Shown here one piece after another: positions 25,073-32,081 of a stretch of 32,081 nt of DNA. This stretch comes from Bigelowiella natans CCMP2755 (taxonomy: Eukaryota; Protista; Cercozoa), in contig ADNK01003234.1 of NCBI GenBank assembly GCA_000320545.1, positions 1 through 32,081 of the forward strand. The letters run 5' to 3'. Under the pieces are notes generated by a model, which ran no database searches, was not told the DNA's origin, and was given only the letters and a program-made list of their open reading frames with translations. Numbering within the stretch: the stretch's first letter is position 1; every line of letters starts with the position of its first letter. The position numbers were made by a program, and so were the translations under genes.

Positions 25073-25625
25073 TTGCTAATCATACTCTTTTATGCCTCCT
25101 CATTTTATTTGATACTGATTGAGGAGATGCCATATAGACACAGAAAAGTTTTGACCTGTTTGCACAACAACTCTCATTTCTGGACGAAAACAGCATAATT
25201 CATTTCGGATGTGCCCCCCCCCCACACTCCTTCCTTCTCCTTCTTCTTCCCTCTCTGCGTGCTCTCTTTTAATATCCTCTCACTCTTTCTGCCTCGTGCC
25301 TTCGTACTAAAGGTGATAGAGCAACGACGGAAAGCAGTGAAGGCTGGAATAACGACGAACCATTGGTAGTAACAGTAGTGTTGACTTGCTAAATTATGAT
25401 ACAAAAATGATGAGGACCATGATCGACGTAATGGCCAAAGTTTCTGCTGCTCACTGAGTAGTTGCGTATGTGCGTGCGTGGGTGTGTGCGCGCGCATTTA
25501 TCAGGCCTCATGAGTTTTCCGGAGGGAGTTTCAGTGATGCTTCAACCCCTGGATTTAAAGACAACTGCGAACGCTATATAAAGCAAAGCCTCATCGATGG
25601 AGGGGCAGCACCTTCAAAGAAGTAG
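21755..25625 (+). CDS. Phytanoyl-CoA dioxygenase (PhyH)-like Fe(II)/2-oxoglutarate dioxygenase; about 17 exons
   Basis: Spliced: ...GLAYLEENG|YVVAKGVL...FWDFIE|...ASTWSKKFPGNQGNGII...GAGQAPFAWFCR|SRDKVAEVFSAVWETSDLI|VSFDG...G|GWYHVDQN...CVQ|GLLSMYDVNKTTGGLT|VIPGSHK...|AGDLCLWDSRTIHCN...LLRM|VCYICMTP...TTNHW|PHEF...SKK*. HxD and distal His ligands, GGL.VIPGSH and GD..LWDSR..H motifs are present. The exon at about 22675-22731 is tentative. Confidence 0.9.
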
Positions 25626-25834
25626 TGTCGAGTGTCTGTTTTTTTTGTGACCTTTGTAATATCTTTTGTATGCGTGCGCGTGTTGAGCTTATTTATTGGT
25701 TTCACATGGTTTTAATTTTTTACCTTTGAAAACCGATGAGCTAGCGTGTCGATAGCGCACCTACGTATTTTAAACGCGCTCATGCTGTCGCGTAGTCAAT
25801 GCAGCTAGATTTCGCAAGATAAGGTCATGTATAT

Positions 25835-26002
25835 TGTAGCCGCTGCACTGCACAGCTACATTAGGATGACCATCAAAAAGATTTAATCAAACCATTACAT
25901 CCGTCCGTCTCATATTGTAGCCGCAGCTTTGCACAAGCTACATCAGGATGACTACTGATAGAATGTAATTCATTCATTCACAATGCATCCGTCTCATATT
26001 GT
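25835..26002. repeat. Dispersed twin-hairpin repeat, head-to-tail dimer (copies C and D)
   Basis: Units start at 25835 and 25916 (TGTAGCCGC...GCTACATYAGGATGAC...CATCCGTCTCATATTGT); first period is 81 bp. Confidence 0.9.
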
Positions 26003-26160
26003 CCTCGTAGATACTAGCGTACGACATAATACACGCGCACTATGCTAGCAAAGCGCGAACCGATTGGAAAAGTACATATAGTGCACACGATGTGTAGCGA
26101 CAATCCTAGTTTCAGAATGTACTGTAACTACATTTGCACCGCAATAGCTCAGGGCCTACA

Positions 26161-26634
26161 TTAATTTTGGGCTGTGGATGGGGGAGTAGGTGCTGGAGAG
26201 CTGTCTTCGTTGTTTTTATTATCTCCAAGCTCTGATTTTTGCTCTGGATTTTTCTTGCTTTTCCCGGGAAGCAACGGCCCTGACCAAGTCCTTTTGACCC
26301 ATTCTTTGTACCTAATTGCATATGAATACATCACGGCCTCAATCCCGTATTCCCCCGCCAGTACACATGGCGACGGCGGTCTCTTTCACTCCTCTCTCCA
26401 AGGATGGTGGTGATGATGCCCACTTACTCGTCCGTTGCGCCGTACTTCTCGCTTTGCCTGCGCTCCAGGCCGGTCGTTGCCTGTGCAAGGACGAAGTTGA
26501 TGCCGACGAGACCCAGCAGCGACAACGCGAAAATCCCGCCTCGCGCAGGGTTGAGGATGTTTCCCGCAGCTAGGGCCGTGAAGACGTTGGCAGTCCAAAG
26601 AAGCACCTCTCCAGTGTAATTCGGGTGCCTGTAG

Positions 26635-26668
<34 letters not shown>

Positions 26669-27977
26669 GAGGTGGTGGCGGAGCATGTGCATTCGAAAAG
26701 CGATACGTTACGTCGGAACGAATTCCGCGACATACCATAGCATGTAAAGTAGATCCATCACTGGTACTATAAAACTAAGTATTCGGAAGAAAATCGTCTC
26801 GACCTGAGAAGCGCGAAAGGACCGCTAGTTACAAGATGGTCCCCCCCCTTGTCTGCCTTCACCCATGTCTTGACCAGATCTCCCCAGGCAGCCACGAACA
26901 GCCCGACGTACATCGCCACGACAGAAGCAAAGGCCAACTGTATATCAAGAGAGGAATTTGTGGTTGTTGTTGTTGCTGTCGATGTTGTTGTTGCTCATGC
27001 TCATGCTCATGCTGATGCTGATGCTGATGATGATGATGATGATGATGATGATGGCGATCAAGTGGTGTTGAAGCAAGTTGGCGAGGAAGAAACATGAACT
27101 AGAAAATCGGCGAGAAGCACTGGTAGTAGCTGTTCACATTTTCCACTACAGTAATAGGTTTAGTGTGATTTCTCTGCTAAGTGATCCCCATTCGTGAAAC
27201 CTTGCCAGAAAGCCCAGCAGTAGCCGTTAGAAGCAGTGGCGCTGCCATCCCTGCGTAGAGAAAGCTGCATCCAAGGATGAACGGCAATCGTTTGAGACGA
27301 CCTCCGCGATCCTGTGCTCTTTTCTCGATTCTGTCGCGGAACTTCTGAAACCTTGGGATGAACAGCTCGCGCCCGAGAAGAAATATGACCAGGCGGAGCC
27401 CATAGATCGCAACGGCGAGCGCGTGAGCTTTGGCAAGCGGCGTCGTGGCAAGGGGGAGGATCTGTTAACATTCAACGTCACGCTCCGTCCGCGATGGAGT
27501 ACTTTTCCGACAAACTTCGATAGGGAAAACAATAACCTGTAGAGCTGTTGCTAACATGGCGCCCCCATAGCCATACGAGACGCCATACTCGCTCCTCCAA
27601 AAGCCTAAACACGTCGGCAGCGTGCACCCGGCAACGTACCCCAAAGGGCCCACCTTTGTGCTCACCGTCCGTGCGGAGGAGCCACCGCGGAGGGACGATG
27701 AATAGGAAGACGAGGCAGGAGAGCGCAGGGATACAGGGGTAATCTGGTGAGGCGGTGACATCGGGCTGACAAAGTGGGCACGTGGTTGGACACGTCGTCG
27801 CAGCTGTGAGAAGGTGGAGGGAACTTTGAGGGGAGAAGAAGCAGAAGGAGCCGAGGCAACTAGTTTATTTTGCGAAGTAGTAAGCCATGGCTTGCTCGTG
27901 GCGGCAGATCCCCCCAGCACGAGGAATCTACCCGGAAGAAAAACGAGGAGTAGTGGTGCAAGCGAGATGGGAACCAT
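26161..27977 (-). CDS. DUF1295 / steroid 5-alpha-reductase-like membrane protein with bipartite (signal + transit-like) leader; 5 exons
   Basis: Exons 27977-27537, 27461-27201, 26937-26804, 26628-26428 and 26311-26161. Motifs: GVSYGYG, YGLRLVIFLLGRE, WGDLVK..VK, LVTSGPFALLRHPNYTGEVLLW and EKYGATDEYKEW (DUF1295 signature RHPNY.GE). Confidence 0.88.
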
Positions 27978-28503
27978 TGTTTTGTCACTGTCATGCAAGA
28001 CAACACATCCAATAACATAAAAATATATTAGAAAATAATTTACCCCCATAATATCTTAATAGTCCTAATAATTAGCGAATTTTGAGAGATGGGCAGCTCT
28101 GAATACAGGGAATAATACTAGCACGAACGCTTGGGAATATTTCGAGCGACTGGATAATAAGGAAAATTATCGATAAAATACATTGTATTTTTGGTTAAAT
28201 GGAGAGGAGCCAACCTCTTTAAGATTCATTCGTCAAGCTCCGTCGGTGTTCGGATGTGAGTTTGCTCACCCCCTTTATCAACTGTGTGAGCGTGTGTGGG
28301 GAGTAGTCATTGTTCTCCACCGGATCGACTTTATCGGTGGAAGGAACCCTCCGCATATCGAAAATATTGATGTTGGCGGAGTTCTCGTCTCCTTGCTTCT
28401 GTATCATGAAAATGACGAAATACCAATTCAATTTGCTCGACTCAGTTGGCAAAACCTTTCTCTTTCGTTTTTCCTTTCTTTATACATTTGCTTACTTACC
28501 TAC

Positions 28504-28665
<162 letters not shown>

Positions 28666-28846
28666 CTTTGTGTTAGTGGATCTTATGTACTCTGAATATT
28701 AGTATGTGTACATAGTTCGTGTGGGTCTGTGGAGTATTTCTCTTTCCCAGCCTGTAGCTCTTCGGAGTAGCAGCAGCGCAGCCGCCGCCGCCGCCGCCGC
28801 TTCTCCACGATATTAGCCACAACGGAGCCGGGGGTCCACAAGGGCG

Positions 28847-29115
28847 ATGTCAACCGCGCCGAAGTACACTATAGGCCAACATGTTGAAGTTTGTAAGTCG
28901 CCCCCCCCCCCTTCCCCCACGACGACTTGCGGATGGATGTTGCATGATTGTGATGATAACAACTACAGGGTCTATGGGTAAGAAGAAGTGGTTCAAGGAC
29001 GGGAAAGTCACGCACATCAAGCCAGATGGTGAGCTGGCTAATGTCAACGATTATATGGAATAATTCCAGTACAACGAATGAATGCAAGCACGATCTCGCG
29101 CGCACACACACACAC

Positions 29116-29146
<31 letters not shown>

Positions 29147-29963
29147 TACACACACGCGCGCGCGCACGCACCCCGAATGCGTATCTGATTGTCCCCACGT
29201 CCCTGCTGTGTGAAACCTTTCTTCTTCTTGTTCGCATCCAACTGAAAACTGAAAATTAGGGTCGATCAAGGTCATGTACAACCAATCAAAGGGTAACGAT
29301 ATCTAGAATGCATTTTCCCATTGAATTGATGCTATTTAGAACCAAACGTTCAACGACGTGGCCGAGCTTTGCACACACGCACACAAATTTTCCCTAGGTA
29401 TAATGTCGCGAGGCAATAAATGGGTCAAACCGTCGCAATTTAAAATGATGCTGCGGCCTCCCCGAACGCCTCACCCACGGACGCTTCTTCCCGGAGAAAC
29501 ATCGCCAGAGTCGCCTCCCGCCTCTAAATCTTCACCCACTCTAGTGAATGAAGGAAAGACTACTCCCAATACCACCCCTGTGCAAGCGAATAAGAGCGCG
29601 ACAGAGAGAATACTTTTTGATGTCTCTGACAGCATTACAGAGGGGAAACAAGGTAATTCGTGCCTTCCTTCCTCATCGCTGTGGCCGACTGGTTCCATTA
29701 AGCGCGCCCTTCTTCTTTTGTGCTTCTTCGCGTAAGCAGGTGGCCATGCTGCTGCTGCTGCTCCCTCGGAGAACGAGTCCAAAGTCGAGCAAACATCGTC
29801 GGTCTTCGACCTGCTCAATGCCACGGTGGTTGTTGTTTGTCGCATCTTCGTTATCATTGTTATTGCTGTTTTCGTTTTCTCACTCACGAATGCAAAGGGT
29901 AGTAGGGGGTAGGGGTTGGGGGAGATTCGATAGCGCACCACCATCATCATTATCATTATCATT

Positions 29964-29994
<31 letters not shown>

Positions 29995-30222
29995 ATCATC
30001 ATTGTTGTCATCATCATCCCTTAGCGTTTGCCAGGAGAGAAGATTGTACGGTGGTGTGAGAGTGGGTTCTTTCGATGATTGATGCATTTCCTTAATTGCG
30101 GACGCTTTCATCATGTTAATGCAGAAGGACGGTGACGATGATGGCGCCAGCCATGACAATGCCAAGACGTCTGATGCCGTCCCCAGTGCGGAGAAAGGGA
30201 CTAAGGGTTGTTGAGCCGAGAT

Positions 30223-30260
<38 letters not shown>

Positions 30261-30271
30261 ACATACAGGAG

Positions 30272-30326
<55 letters not shown>

Positions 30327-31123
30327 CGAGACGGGATAAGGCGTCACCTAGCTTACTCCTCTCTCCGCCCCCCCGTTTTTACAACACAGGCATGCTAGAT
30401 ATGGACCTCTTAAAAATCGAGGGGGGGGGGAGCCCTGGCGGCAGCCTTACACAAAAGCCCAGCAACAACGATGCTCGTGACTCGACGCGTACACTCAAAC
30501 GAGGCATGAGGGTTAGTAATAGAAACATAGTCGGTGCTCATCTCATCAGCTCATCGCTGCCAGTGTTGATGGAGGAGGAAGATGGGGGTGCAAAGGAGGA
30601 AAGAGAGGATACGCTGGAAGGAGAGGATAGGGGAAACGAGGCGCTTAAGAACGCCAAGGTTGGCCATAGCAGTGCGGATAAGAAGAAGGGGCAAAAGGCC
30701 GCAACGACGACGTCGTCAATTATGAGGATTCATAGCTACGATGGTACGTTCTTGTCGTGATGATGATGAGATGCCTCCTTCCACATCATTCCTGTTTGCA
30801 AGTAACGTCGTTTTCAGAATGAACGCATAAAAACAATATTCACACACACACACACATACGCACACAAACATTTCATATTTATAAGGTATGTGTGTGTGTG
30901 TGTGTGTGTGTGGTATGATTCACGCTCTGCTGTCCCCCCCCTCCCCTCCTTATCTTGCACCAGGCACATGGACAAAAATAGTTGTCAGAGGCAATGCCTT
31001 GGTCTCGAGTGTCATCAAAATTGCAAAGAGGTGCAGCTAGCAGAAATGGAGTTATCGCTCGTGCTCGAGCATGAAAAAGAAAGAATGCATCGGCACAAAA
31101 TAAAATTACATATTTTCAGTCTC

Positions 31124-31185
<62 letters not shown>

Positions 31186-31788
31186 CGCGTTTTGCTTCTT
31201 CCGCCACGACAGGAAGCTGTACTCGTCTGTCCGTCTCAGCACAATGGTAATAGAGAGCTGATAAGTTTCATAGAAGAAGAACAGCTGATATTGAACCTAT
31301 CACTACACACAACACAAATACATAAACACACAAACACACACCACCACCACCACCACTCGACATTGCCCCGAGCTCCATTTTTCCTTCGATAAGTGCTACG
31401 GATCGCACGGAACATACTTTCCCCGCGTCACACGCCGTTTAGTAACATTAGCATCGACGTTAGACCACGATTTTCATCGTCATCGTCATCGTCGTCATCA
31501 TCGTCATCATCATCATCATCACCATAATCATTCATACGTTGGCAGTCCACCCCGGCTGTTGTTAGCGCTGAAGAACCCGTGCTAGAATCAACCCCCTCCT
31601 CCTCGAAACGCAGTTCCACTTCCACAGCGTATTCCTCTGGCCAGACGAGCCTGCTGCAACAGCGCATGTCGATGAGCCCCACCCCATCTGTGCATAGTCC
31701 AAGGGATTCCATAGTCCTGCCAGGGGGGGTGGGCGGCCTGGGCCCAGAGAATTTCCACTACTTGCTGTACTACTCGATGCCGTCTACG
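28847..31788 (+). CDS. Hypothetical protein with N-terminal Tudor/SH3-like barrel and a possible Ras-association (ubiquitin-like) domain; continues past the window end
   Basis: Spliced N-terminus: MSTAPKYTIGQHVEV|WSMGKKKWFKDGKVTHIKPD|GSIKVMYNQSK|GIMSRGNKWVKPSQFKMMLRP. Later: MRIHSYD|GTWTKIVVRGNALVSSVIKIAK|RKL...ENFHYLLYY. An in-frame stop at 28814 precedes the ATG. Middle exons and both domain calls are by eye. Confidence 0.6.
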
Positions 31789-32081
31789 GTGAGTAGTAGC
31801 AATGATATATCGGCATTTGTGCGTGTGTGTGCGCGCGCTCGCACTAGTTTATATGACGTGGAAATTTCCTCCTCTTTTCATTATTTTCATGGCGTTTAAC
31901 GCCTCCATCCCCCGGCGCGAAAGTTGCGAACATGAAAACCCGCCTGGGAAAACAGGGGGGGGAGAGCCCCTACCTCCTTGTTGTCAATATTGTATATTAT
32001 TCGTATATCACTTATGTGTACCGTGTGAGAGTAGTGGTAGAACATCAACAGATACTGCAAGCTGATCCACACCCTCCTCCC

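Noticed and set aside
25835-26002. CRISPR-like repeat-spacer array
   Set aside because: Only two units, the 'spacers' are homologous to each other, the context is eukaryotic and there are no cas genes.

Overview
This is eukaryotic nuclear DNA, gene-dense, with short GT-AG introns packed with microsatellites, so most of the ORF track is simple-repeat noise. Manual splicing gives nine protein genes: a two-domain glyoxalase I (truncated by the window start), a PDZ+SH3b-like coiled-coil protein, a nucleoside hydrolase with a signal-like leader, a secreted GH5 endoglycoceramidase-like enzyme, a metaxin-like protein, an intronless HAD-like protein, a PhyH-family dioxygenase, a DUF1295 membrane protein with a bipartite-looking leader, and a Tudor-like/RA-like protein (truncated by the window end). 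Eight of the nine form head-to-head pairs. The bipartite leader and weak splice donors suggest a secondary-plastid alga, possibly a chlorarachniophyte; this is inference only. Two non-coding signals stand out. First, a sharply bounded ~1.15 kb intergenic block (16141-17294) is almost free of TpA except inside CTAG, which suggests a context-specific TpA->TpG/CpA mutator. Second, an ~80-bp twin-hairpin element occurs in all three convergent 3' junctions, and one copy supplies the last codons of the only intronless gene. All exon boundaries and counts were done by hand and need RNA-seq or computational confirmation.
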